Positions 12,589 to 24,192 of a DNA stretch of 64,000 nt are shown here, piece after piece; position 1 is the first letter of the stretch; each line of letters opens with the position of its first letter. Source of the DNA: Rhizodiscina lignyota (lineage: Eukaryota); NCBI GenBank assembly GCA_010015805.1, contig ML978122.1, positions 2,824,453 through 2,888,452 of the forward strand. The letters are read 5' to 3'. A model generated the notes under the pieces. The model was not told where the DNA came from. It did not search any database and was given only the letters and a program-made list of their open reading frames with translations. A program made the position numbers and the translations under genes.

Positions 12589-13847
12589 ATGGCTTCTCGT
12601 GCAAGCTGCTCGATGTGTGGCTCTCGCAAGCCTGCAACAGCCTTCCCCGTCTCGACCGATGACGCTAAACCCGTGCTGGCAACGTGCCTCAGTTGTCTGC
12701 AGAACTTAGGCGCTAACGTCTGGAACGACCTCCATATCCGAGCCCCTACGATAACCGAGACCGCTGCCGCCTCCGCGGAGTCGGAAGTGAAGACCAACAA
12801 GAAGACCAAGCACGTGACGCGCGCAGCTGCAACACGACGTGGCCGTAAGCGCAAGCACAACGAAGTCGACACTGCACTTACACCTCAAACCAATGTCGTT
12901 GCCACGAACATCAGGACCTGTCGCATCTGCTTTGAGGACAAGCCGTTTCCCGATTTCCCCAGTACTCTCAAGCGCATGACGAAGAACTCCCGTGGAGCCC
13001 TCGGCCTCCCGCCCGCCTGCCAGGTACACCTTGGTGTGAAGAGTCAGCTCGGTCCAGTCTGCAAGGGATGCATTGCCGCCACGCTGACCGCGCACATCGA
13101 AATGCGCGGCCCCGAGCGCACCGGGTGCTTCGAGTGTAACGCGACATGGGATGTCACCTTCATCGCACGCTACGTGACGCCTGATGTCTCCGCTGTCTAC
13201 AACGAGATGCTGCTCAAGGTGATGCTCGCTCGAGACACCCACTTCATGTGGTGCCTTAACGACAAGTGCCCGAGCGGCGGCATAGCGGACAACAGTCGTG
13301 ATGGGTACCCGCAGGTTGAGTGTGCGGAGTGCGAGATGCGCAGCTGCGCGAACTGCATGGTTGAATGGCATAAGGGGATGACGTGCCAGGAGTACCAGAT
13401 GACGACGATGGACGAATTGCCGGACCACGAGAAGCGTGCGCTGAGGAGGCTGGTGAAGGTTGGTGCGAGGCGCTGCCCGAGATGCCAGATGGCAGTGGAG
13501 AAGAATGGTGGTTGTCCTAACATGTACTGTGAGTCTCTCTTCTCCCGTGTTTACAGAATGTCATCACTTATTGGTGTGATTTAGGCACCTATTGCCGGAC
13601 AAACTTCAACTGGGACCTTGCAGAGCTGGTTGCCGCTCCGCCTGATGGCCGGTCCAAGAAGGACAAAGAGGTCCCTGAGAAAAAAGGACTCGTTGAGGCT
13701 GCCCTTAAGCCCAAACACCCAATGCCGCCGTGCGAAGCAGATGAGGCAAAGAAGCCCAAGTCAAACTTGACCAAGGGCAAGCCGGCATTCTTTGGGTGGC
13801 AGAATGCTGCGGCTTTTTTTGCCGCCAATCCTCTTGAACTAATTTGA
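12589..13847 (+). CDS. RBR (RING-IBR-RING) E3 ubiquitin ligase; intron 13529..13584
   Basis: RING1 CRIC...CQVH...CKGC...CFEC; IBR WCLNDKC...CAEC...CANC...WHKGMTC; RING2 CPRCQMAVEKNGGCPNMY|CTYC joined across a GTGAGT...TAG intron. Confidence 0.85.
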
Positions 13848-15145
13848 TAAACGGAAGACATCTGCGAACTTGTTCGTAGGCATTGGTGGGCGTTTGGTTG
13901 CGGATGACTCTGGCATGAACTACAAATGTACCACGGCTCTCATGGCCGTTTGATGAATAGCGGTAACGAGAATAGAAATTGGGTTGAAGTATTCTTGAAG
14001 TATTTGAGATTTCACAAGTGACTGAAGAATGAAGATCTGAACGATGGAATGCATAAGAGGCTTTTACAAGAAATTAAACTTGGCGGACTATCGCTAAGAG
14101 AAAGTCTTGAGCCTGCGGTTTCCACGTTAGCTACTACGCACGATGGATGTTTGAAAGTCTAGGGTGCTGCCAATGAATGATGTAAATCGAGGAGAGAGTA
14201 GTTGTCGGAGTCAACGTGCGACTGAGTTCCAATGGTCTCAATCAAGGTCAGAGCCGCTGGTATTGTTGTAGGATGGAATTCCAGTCAGAGCGCTGACGAG
14301 GTCGGACTGATGTCGGACATTACGTTCGAGCATACCCAAATCCTCGCTATTAGCGTCTTAAGATGGACTCGACTTAGCTCCCAGCCATGCCAAATCAGCG
14401 CTCCTTATATCGCAATGTCGAATTTGTCGATCTTTCGCTTGTTTCCTTGAGCCCTAGAAACACCACTGCCTTGTGGATATTGCGTGGCTGCGAATGGGGG
14501 GATCCGGGTCTCGGCATGCGGAGATCGTGGCATCAGATTGTAGAAAAAATAGGACTGTGGAAATCAGCGACGAAGTGATCGCCAGCGGCTCTAATTTGGC
14601 GACGCAGCTCTTGAGATGAAGTGCAAACACCCCGTTTCACCAGCGCGACGGCCGGCGCCTCCGATTGGGCCCCGCCCGCGCTGAGCTTCCGCCGCCCCTT
14701 GCCAAGAGCCGCATTTGGAGGGAGGATAGCGAGCTGGCGTATCTTCACCGTGACAGCAACACCAAAATTAACACTACTGCAGCCGCCGTGGGCGAGCGCC
14801 GCAGCGGGGCGTCGTGTGGTATGACAGCGGGATACACTTTAATCTGTTGCTGAGGCAAGTCCAACTCCTTCAAATGTGGCACTCTCGCTGCATGAGTACT
14901 TCTTCTCTTCCTCTTCTCAAGCTGGAGCTTTCCATCCATTGACACCTTTCGTCTTTCGTTTCTTTTCAGTCACTCTTTGCGCAGCGTGTACTGCTGCAGT
15001 CCACTCCTTCCATCAGTCCGGCAGTGCAGGAATCACAATACCGTGTCAATTGAATTGACCGAATCATCTGCTTCTCCGTACATACTATCAGTTCAAATCA
15101 ATCCGCATTCTTGTACATATATTCCGAGATTTTATCGCGTCCAAG

Positions 15146-17044
15146 ATGGTCTTCTCAATGCTCAAAGCGACGATAGTCGCTGTTGCCGCTGCCCAGGCAG
15201 TTTATGCCCACACGACGTTCATGAATCTGTTTGTCGATGGTGTCGAGCAAGGTCCAGGTGTCTGTTGGAGGATGAACAGGAATGCCTCGCAAGCGAGTTT
15301 TCCTATTCCGTAAGCTCATTCGTAATGTTTTTTCTTCAGCAAGCTAACCCTATGAAAGCAACATTGAGAGTAACGATATGGCATGCGGTATGTTCTCAGG
15401 TGTTAAAGACAATCGCTGCATGCTGACTATATAAGGCATCGATGGAACTGAGGGCGTTTCTCGTGTCTGCCCCGTTCCCGATGGAAGTACTCTCACTTTC
15501 AAGTTCCAGTCCTGGGCAAGCGACCCAACGAAACCGAGTCTTGACCCTGGCCACAAGGGTCCGTGTGCCGTCTATCTCAAGAAGGTGGACTCTGCCGTGA
15601 AGGACACTGGCGTCGGAGACGGCTGGTTCAAGATTTGGGATGATGGCTACGACGAGGATACACAGGAATGGTGCACTGACAAGATGATCAATAATGGAGG
15701 TTTCATGTCCGTCAAGCTGCCTTCCGGCCTTGTTGGCGGCGCGTACTTTGTGAGGCCTGAGTTGCTCGCGTTGCACAATGCACTTGCAGGCGATCCGCAA
15801 TTCTACGCCGGATGCGCGCAGGTATTCATTGATAATCCCACTGGCACAGCTATACCAGAAACAACCGTCTCAATTCCCGGATACGTCAAATACGGCCAGA
15901 AGCCAGTTTCATACAATATCTATGCGACTCCGTTGGCACTACCATACCCCATTCCTGGACCTGATGTCACTACTTTCAAGGACGACGGAACGACAACACA
16001 GAAGACGCAGACCGAAGGCAAGAAACCCGCAGGCTGCATCGACGAGAACGACAACTGGTGCGGCTTTGAGGTGCCAAGCTACACCAACAATCAGACTGAA
16101 TGCTGGGCCGTAAGTACTTCCAGTCTCAACTTACAGCATGATTTCTGATTTTAGTACAGTCAGCTGGGAAATGCTGGGACCAGAGCAAGGTCTGCTGGGC
16201 CAATGCTCTCCCTACCGGCGGTGATGGTTGCACGAGGTGGGACGACAAGTGCACCGCAATTAACGACGCTTGCACCGCGAAAGACTGGACTGGCCCACCA
16301 AACAAGGGCGAGGATCTCACTCCGGCCAAATCCACAATCAGCAATGACGTGAAGCTGTATCCTACGAGCATCGGGAGCAGCACTGTCGCGGCAGCGTCAG
16401 CTACCTCCAAGATGTCATCTGCATCTGAAGTGTTATCCACATCAGAGGCGCCGAAGCCTTCGGCGACGAGCAGCAGTAAGGCTTCACCAAAAGCATCGAG
16501 CTACGCAAAGCCCTCCACAGAGCAAGCGCCAGCAAGCTCAACTTCCAAACCGACTTCGTCAAAGAAAGCAGCTCAGGCCACAAGCTCCACCTACGAAGCT
16601 CCATCTAGCACTCCGGAAGCTCCCTCAAGCACCACAGAGGCTCCCCACAGCACCCCGAAAGCTCCCGAGAGCGCTTACAGCAAAGCGGAGTCAACCTCCT
16701 GCGCGGCTCCCTCCGCAGTGACCCTCTACAAAACCGTCACGGTCTCGGCCTCCACCCCGTCGTCCTCAGCCACCGCTGTCTCGGCCGTTGCCGAAAGCAG
16801 CGAGAGCGAGAGCAAGACCGCACCCGCAGAGGCCCACACCACGAAGACGATCAAGAAAATTCACACCATGACGCGCACCCACAGGCCCAAGACTCATTCC
16901 AAATCTAAGCCCACGCCCCTGTCCAAGCCGCCTGTCCTCACCGTCGTCGCGACCGCCACGGCCTGGACAACGGACATCGTGACGGTCCAGCCGTCAGCGT
17001 ACGGAAAGCGTCACGCGAGGGACTTTGATGCGCCGCGGATGTAG
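15146..17044 (+). CDS. AA9 (GH61) lytic polysaccharide monooxygenase with Cys-rich module and Ser/Thr-rich tail; introns 15310..15358, 15388..15435, 16110..16159
   Basis: Signal peptide ending VYA, then His1 (HTTF, codon at 15209). Second His in GHKGPCAVY; GDGWFKIW; RPELLALH; QFYAGCAQV (Gln and axial Tyr). All three introns keep the frame. Confidence 0.93.
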
Positions 17045-20000
17045 GGCTTCCGATGTGTGTGGAATATTGAGGTGGAAGATGGCAAGCGTGTGTATGGCTG
17101 CGCCCAAAGCCGGGACGGGGCGACGGGGAAAGATGTGCGGTAAGGATTCTTTTTTTTACGTGTGAGCTTGGAGGATTGCTGGCGGTGTGACTCGTGAGGC
17201 TGTGGATTATCCTTTACTTCGCAAGAATTATACATATTCAAAAACCTTGGCTCCGTGCTGGCTTCCTGGGCTGCTTATGGGCCTTGGCCCTATTAGGTGA
17301 TGCGGTTTCAGGATGGTACTTGGGTACATATGGAGCGCCCCCTCTCGGAGCTCCTTTGCAATCCATCGCTTGTGTCATCGGCCGCCGGCCTACAGGCCAC
17401 GAGCCACATGGGCGGAACCATGTCTGTGGAGTCAACGACACAACTGACCCCGGACCCGGGAGCAGGGAATCGGGAGGGGCCATGGAGAGCATGCAATTCG
17501 GGAGGTTGATCAATAGGCGTCTAGAGCGGGCTCTGGCCTCTGACTCTCGGAGAGGGGCATAGGAGCGGAGAGGTACATGGGTACATTGCTCTCGTGCGGG
17601 CTTGCAAGTTGTTTGCAAGAACTCCTCTTTTGGTGCTTGAGGATTAAGGCCTCTGATTGGTCTGTCAAGGGTTGATTTTTGTGCTAAGTGCAAGGTGTGT
17701 AGGTACCTCGCTACTTTTACATGGGGAGGCCTTGGATGGAGACGTTCAGGGATTGTCTCCGTCGGCCTGCCTAGTCATGGCCCGTCCGCCAAAAAAGGTG
17801 GAGTGATACCAGGTCCAACTTCTGGCCAAAGAACTATTTGGACAGATACATATATGATCTGTCGAAACTGTTTCGTAACACCCTTTCCTCATTCCGAAAG
17901 TCCTGCCTCCTGGTTCGCACATTAGTGAGCCGGTGATTTCTCCGGCAGTAAGTAACCGTATTGGTGCGGAGAGAAATGCAGCAGCGCGGAGAGTACAGCG
18001 AGGCAGGTACCTGTGTAGTGGAAGTACCCAGCTAATATTTCTAAGTGCGAGATACATCCGAAGATACATAGCAATTGCACTCCCCTTAAAGCAAGCCATA
18101 ACCCTAATTCAAATGGCCCTTTTCTGAGACAGGCGTTCCGGTTCGCTAGCTACCTCGTCTCTGGCGTGATTCAAACGACGTCCGCTTGCAAGGTTTGTGA
18201 CTCAGCTCTCCGTCGCTCGCCGAACGATGGTGTTTCCCAGCAGTGTGGTTCTACATCCCCCTTGAGCATCATGTCCGGTTCCGCGTTGGCGCTGGTCGGT
18301 GATGAACCGTCGCGAAGGTGAAGAACTGGAGGATCTGCCGCTGGGGTTTCACGCGACTGCTCGTTTGCTTGGGGCCGGCTGGGTATGGGGACGACTTGGA
18401 GAGCATGTCTCTCCGTCACTGTCGTTCATTCCTCGTTCTGGGTGTTCTTAGAGTCTGGAATCCTTGACGTGGAGAGGTGGAGAGTCCGACGAATCGTATT
18501 CATGCACTGCATCTCGACCGAGTCACGTACCTTCGTAGCTACCTGCCTGTTTCTGAGCGTTCTGGGTGATGATAACATTTTCCAGCAATACGAGCTGTGG
18601 TAGTCGGCCGCCGACTGATCAAGTTATCGATCTCACCACCATCTCGCTCGATATCTTATTCTCGATATGATGGAAGGGGAAGGTGAAACCTCTTCGGGTT
18701 AGCCCCTTATGCTTAACATTCTCACGTGGCGATCGAAGCCCCGGCCGGCTCCTTGCAGTCTTGTTCAGGCTACAACGTGTCGTTTTGCTGATGGCAATTC
18801 AATTTTGAGTATTTGCGATGCTCGAATGTAGGACATGCTCTAGACAAACCCATACTTACTTACCGTGAATTTTGGTCGGAGGTCAGATCAACGGCCGAAG
18901 ATGCTGGGCATCGTAACGTAAACCGCCGTCCAAAAGTAGCCGTGAACCGGCATTCGAGCGCCAGCCACATGGCTTTCGTCGATCATTCCACAAGCTCGCA
19001 GCAGCGCAACGATCAAGCACGCGAAAGCAACTGCCGTCCTGCTGCGCTGAAGTGCAACGTCGCAGATCATTTCCATCGGAAGTCATGGCGAGGTTGGCAC
19101 GTTGTAAAATGATGTGCTCTGGCTGTCTACATCCGCGCGCATATCTGGGTGCAGCGGGCAGGAAAGGGAGATCTTGCAGCGCAGCGGACTGCCATCATAA
19201 GGCAGCACGCAGACCGCAAGATTTTAGCTCCCCGGGGAATAAAACGGACTCAAGCAGCAAGCCAGATCCTTCTGCGCGCACGGAGCGACTCGGGCGAGCA
19301 CTTCAGAAGGCTTGACACGAGTCGTGGCGTGGAAAGGGGATCCTCGGCTTGCCGAGCTCCCCGCCCGACGACGCTGCACGACATCCGCTTCCCAGATGCC
19401 TCTTCCAAGCTCTTCCTGCGACAGCGCCATCAAGGTGAGATTTTAAGACGAAGGCTAACGTTAAAATGAACAGAACAAGCGAGGCCTTGCGCAATGTTCC
19501 AACCCGGCGGCCGGCCCAATCGGTCACACCTCTCGGTCGAACAGACTGCGGCCGGGGGAGAGCACCAGCAGGGGGCCTTCAGTCAGGTTGGACTCGTTGG
19601 AGGTCGGGAAGCGAATGAGAGCATGTCATCCGCAAGGAGTTTGCACCGTTCCAGCAAAGATTCGAAAAGCCACGAGGGAGGCTGGCCGGCCGCGCGTGTG
19701 CCTGAGGACGGTCGATGCCACTCCAGAAGCCCAGGCGGCCCGTTCCCGGCCCATCGCAGTGGTCCTGATTCGGTCGCTAAGTCGACGGCGTGTCTGATCC
19801 TCGCTTGGGGCAGCTGGAGCTCGCCCGTTGGTCCTGAGTCGGACCTGACACTCGGTCCCATCTGTTGTGTCATTTGTGCTTCTTTTTCCCAACCTGGCCA
19901 GCGGTATACCTGAGGGAGATTGAGTTTGTAGATTGGGTGTGTAGCCAGGGCTCCGCACCTTGTAATACTTTCATCATAATACAGAGCGACAGAGCGGTGA

Positions 20001-20578
20001 AACGGCGGTGCAACCCAGGAACCAGAAAATGGATGGGCGAGATTTTGGGACCGTTCCTGTATCATATAGATCTTGTCATATTCTCCGATTTGGGACCCAA
20101 GATCCTGCCACAAAAGAAAAAAGAATGTTTCCCTCCCGGACTTGGCATGTAAGAGGAAGAGATTGCTGAAGAACTCGGATTTCCCGAGCAAATGAGCAAA
20201 TGTTTAGGTGGTCGGGTAGGCCGAAGTGGCACTTGCGCTCTGGTTACCGTGTGTCACTTTGGTGTCCATCCCAGTGGAAGCGACCGTAGGTGCACCGCGA
20301 AGTGCCGGTCGGTCAGATTGAGCGCTGTAACTATGTACATGACGTTGCTTTTGTGTGTGGTTACTGCAGTTGCGTGCAGTGGAACACGACTCCGATGATC
20401 ATCCAACCCAGAGTGTCCAACGCTCTATTTACAAGCCTTTTTTATGACGTTATCGTGTTGATCATAATTTTGAAAATACGACGACAAGTCTGCATCAATG
20501 TTCGTATAGACATGACATCCTCATGACATGTAGATATGGAATGTCCCGTGTGGGGGTTCCTCTAAATCGCAAATAGCA

Positions 20579-23500
20579 TCATAGAGCCAACCCTGTGCCG
20601 TCGCCAGTCCACCTGTACAGTGCTAGAACTTCCCGTCTCTTGGCCTGCTGTTCGCCGAAGTCTTCGACCATCCGGCCACGGACTTGGGTCAGGGCTGAGC
20701 GCATCACCTTGCGAAAGTTTCGCTGTTCAATCCTTAGCTTATGCCGGAAAGGGAAAGCGATGAGAAATACGTACCTGGTATTCTGTATTGAGGGTGACGA
20801 CGCAAGCTTCGTGGGCTCTGACAATTGTCTCGCATGCTTTGACCACACTCTCACTCGCCTCGCCCCTCAGCTTGTCGGCAATCAGGAGAAGGAGGAAACT
20901 GCTCTGCAGTAGGTAGATGCCAAAGAAGAATGGCATGAAGCTTAGATCTGGGTCGTGCTCCAAGAGTTCGCTTAGCGCCTCAGCAGCGCTGACAGCATGT
21001 CCTGTGGCTGAGATGAAAGACTGAGAGGAGATCCAGAGATCATTGTCGTCAAGAAGGCTGATTGGATCCCACTTGCCGTTGAGCAAGATGTGCAGAGTGT
21101 GCATCAGATGCGTCCCGTATGCGACCACAATCTTTGTCTGCAAGATCGTCTCTGCGACTCTACTTGCTGTGGAAGTGACAGAGCGTCCAGATGGAGTTTC
21201 GGCTTCTGTCCCTGTATGTTGCATTTCAGTGTCCGCACTCAACCCTTCAGCTGGTTTGGTTGCCCCATAGCGTGCTGATAGCTCCTCTAGACTGCGACCA
21301 TATGCTTCGAGCTGCGACGTAATTTCCGAAGCCTGATCCTCCCAATCGGTAGCCGTGCGGAATCTCAGACCAAAGCGAGGGTGATTGCGCGCGTGGTTAA
21401 GGTCGACAATTTCTCCTAGGACTGTCATTAGAGGTGTAAAGTAGCCGAAAATGCTGTGGCCGGTACATTCGAAAGAAGGGCCTCGCCTCCGATACTGCGG
21501 TGATGATGGGTCCTCACCGAGCTGAGATGGATCTGGGTTGAACCATTCGCCCGCTTGCCAGACTGAATCGTCGATCGGCTGCAGCAGACCTTCGCATTCC
21601 TGGTCGAGTAAGAAGAGAGGCTTGTTGTAGCACAATGCCAAATGGCGATCCATAGTATAGCAGAGCCACCATATTCTCCGTCTCTCCTCCCGCTCTTCCT
21701 CAGTAAACACCGGTGCTGGTTCTGTATGTGTGCCGAATGGTTCAACGTTGCGATCCTCTCCTGCGTTAGCACCCTCGCCTGGAGCGTTATTGTTAAGCGA
21801 GCCGTTCGGTGGGAGTTCCCGCCCTAATTTCAGCTCCCTGCAAAGCGACCAGGCTGCATTCCACCACCGTAAGCTCGCCATCTTGAACTCGGTGGCTGAT
21901 ACTACCGTTGCTAGATGCATATATGTAACCACATCGTCTAAGGCTGCTGAAGCTCCAGGTGAACCGCCATCCGTCGTCTCGTGCTGGGGGATGGTGACGC
22001 CAAGACCTCCTAGGGCAACTCCGTTAACAACCGTGTTTGGAGCCGAGGTAGGCGACTGCAACTCAGAGCCAGGCGCCGGAGTGTGAATCAGAGGTTTTAA
22101 TAAACCAACCGTAAGTTCCAATAATTTTTGACATATTCTGCCACGAGCGGATGGGGGTGAGGTGAAGAATGCGGATTCGCTTGTCTGTGCACCGACCCAC
22201 AGCATGCTTGAGAGTAAGGCTGGGCTGCATACCCGTGGATTTGAAGCTCTGAGGAATGAACGCTTTCGGAATACGTAGCCTAGAACATACGGTGACTGTG
22301 GTTGAGTAAACACGGAGGAGGTGCTATGAAAGTATAGCTCGAGCAAATCGCATGCGACGGGTATCGGTACGATCGATCCAAGGTAAGGTAGTAGCGGCTG
22401 TAATACTGGATAGCGTAGTTGTTGCGCATTAGAGACCGTCTGTGAATACAGCGCTGCGGAAGGCGTGGGCATGGAAAGCCAACCCGGCGAACCTGCCATG
22501 GGAGAAGGGACGAATCCATACGGGCTTTCACCGGTTGGAACTCTGAATCCTAGAGGTGTGGGCATACGCTGGCTCTGAGGACTGAGCATGTTGAATCCAT
22601 CGGCTCCCATGTTATTCGCTTGCCCGCCATGTTGGAATTGCTGGAATAGGCCGCCTGGGCTCGCTGGAAACAATTGCTGTCCTTCTGATGGAGGCTGCAT
22701 CATCCCAGCCTGGTACTCCCCAACTTGGCCATATGTCGGGGTGTCCCCCGAATGCGTACTGCCATTTTCTCCATTCGACAGTAGAGAAGGATGTTGGAAT
22801 TGAGAATGCGCAGCTTGGGCCTGATCCATTTGCTGTGAATAAGGTCCATTCAGCGCCGTGCTCCCAGCTGATCTTGGATCGTCGGCTTGCGTGACACCTC
22901 CATACATGGAACTCCCACCCACGGCTTGCTCGAATCGTGAATTCGTGGATGATGCTGAAGTAGCGCTGACTGGTGTCGGCTGGCTGACTGTGGGACGGCT
23001 AGAGGACCAGGGATCCTGTGGTGTTTGATTCGCTTGCGACCTTGGAGATGGCTCTTCATCACCTGCTCCCGAATCCTTCTCTTCGTTGCCAGAATGGGCA
23101 GCTGCAACAGCAGCGGCAGCCGCCGCCTGTTGCGCTGCAATTTCCTTACGAGATGCCTTCCCACGCTTTTTGCGTTCGCGATTATATTCGCAAGTTAGGC
23201 CGAATTCTAGAGCATGTTAACGGGAAATATAAATACGAGTCAATTTGGAATGGCTCACCAACGCAGTGTGCACATGGCGTTTTGCCATCGCACTTTGTTC
23301 GGAGCTGGTTGCACTGGTCGCACGCCCGACTGATTCGTCGCCGCACTGGGCCAGATGCGCTGGCGGACCTGCTCGTTCGAACCTGCGTCATTGAAGGCGC
23401 TCGCTGGAAATGTGAGCTGGAGATTGACCTCTGATATGGATGGTGTCGCGAATCCATGGCGGTATGCGGTATTGAGTAGTGTCGTCGGTCGTGGTGGAAC

Positions 23501-23664
23501 TGCTGCAGAGCGCTGTGCGAAGTCTCTGCCAGCGTGTCGAGACCGTGGGTCGGACTGTAATGCGACAACATTTGGTCATCTTGGGTGACAACATTTTGCG
23601 GAGAATAATGCGTGAAAATTGGCGATTGTTGATGGAAAGAGCTGGGCTGCATGGTTGACAGCAT
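20579..23664 (-). CDS. xlnR: Xylanolytic transcriptional activator XlnR/Xyr1; introns 23207..23258 and 20723..20774
   Basis: [80 protein letters not shown] and the C-terminus [13 protein letters not shown] are diagnostic of XlnR. Confidence 0.97.
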
Positions 23665-23856
23665 GGCTCGGTGGATGGAATACCGCGAGCGAAGGTGAGT
23701 CTGGTTGTTGATACAAGGGTGCTCGGGGAGGTAGTTGGCGCTACATGGAAGGCAGAGGGCAGCAAACGCAGGTGGGCGAAAGCAAGCAGAAACAGAGTCG
23801 AAAATCGAGCAGAAGAGTTTGACGGGGCAAAAGCGTGCGTTAAAGAGCACTTCGAG

Positions 23857-24123
23857 GTGGAGGAGCAGGGTAGGACGGGTCTGAGGAAATGAAGCAAGTA
23901 CCTAGGCGCAAAATGCAATTCCCAGAGTAGCTCCGGATACGCGATGCTCGCGGGGTATCTTTATTTTAGTGCGCAGCTGCTATCCCGAGCGTCTAAGGAT
24001 GTCAGTTCGAAGATTCCCCGGCGTGTGCTCGAGGGTAAGTGGCACTTGGTCGATAACTGGCTTAGCGAGGCCGGCCCTGCATGGATTCAGTCGGCTGTCT
24101 GTCTCCTTGGGGGTGGAGTGGAG
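23857..24123. promoter_or_regulatory. Cluster of CreA-type SYGGRG sites upstream of xlnR
   Basis: GTGGAG 23857, CTCCGG 23931 (reverse), GCGGGG 23950, CCCCGG 24016 (reverse), GTGGAG 24113 and 24118. xlnR is CreA-repressed in Aspergillus, but the motif is short and degenerate. Confidence 0.35.
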
Positions 24124-24165
24124 CACGGTGCATGGCGAGCTTGGGATTACCTTCGACCGCAGAGT

Positions 24166-24192
24166 GGCAGGCAGGCAGGCTGGCAGGCAGGC
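24166..24192. repeat. Imperfect (GGCA)n microsatellite in the xlnR upstream region
   Basis: ggcaggcaggcaggctggcaggcaggc read directly. Confidence 0.8.

Noticed and set aside
12706..13428. 240-aa minus-strand ORF
   Set aside because: Antisense to the GC-rich RBR exon; no recognisable motif.
14173..14225. Possible C/D-box snoRNA (tgatgt...ctga)
   Set aside because: Imperfect C box, no terminal stem and no recognisable rRNA guide.
19583..20191. 202-aa minus-strand ORF
   Set aside because: TTG start, no domain or convincing codon bias; covered only as part of the unexplained gap.
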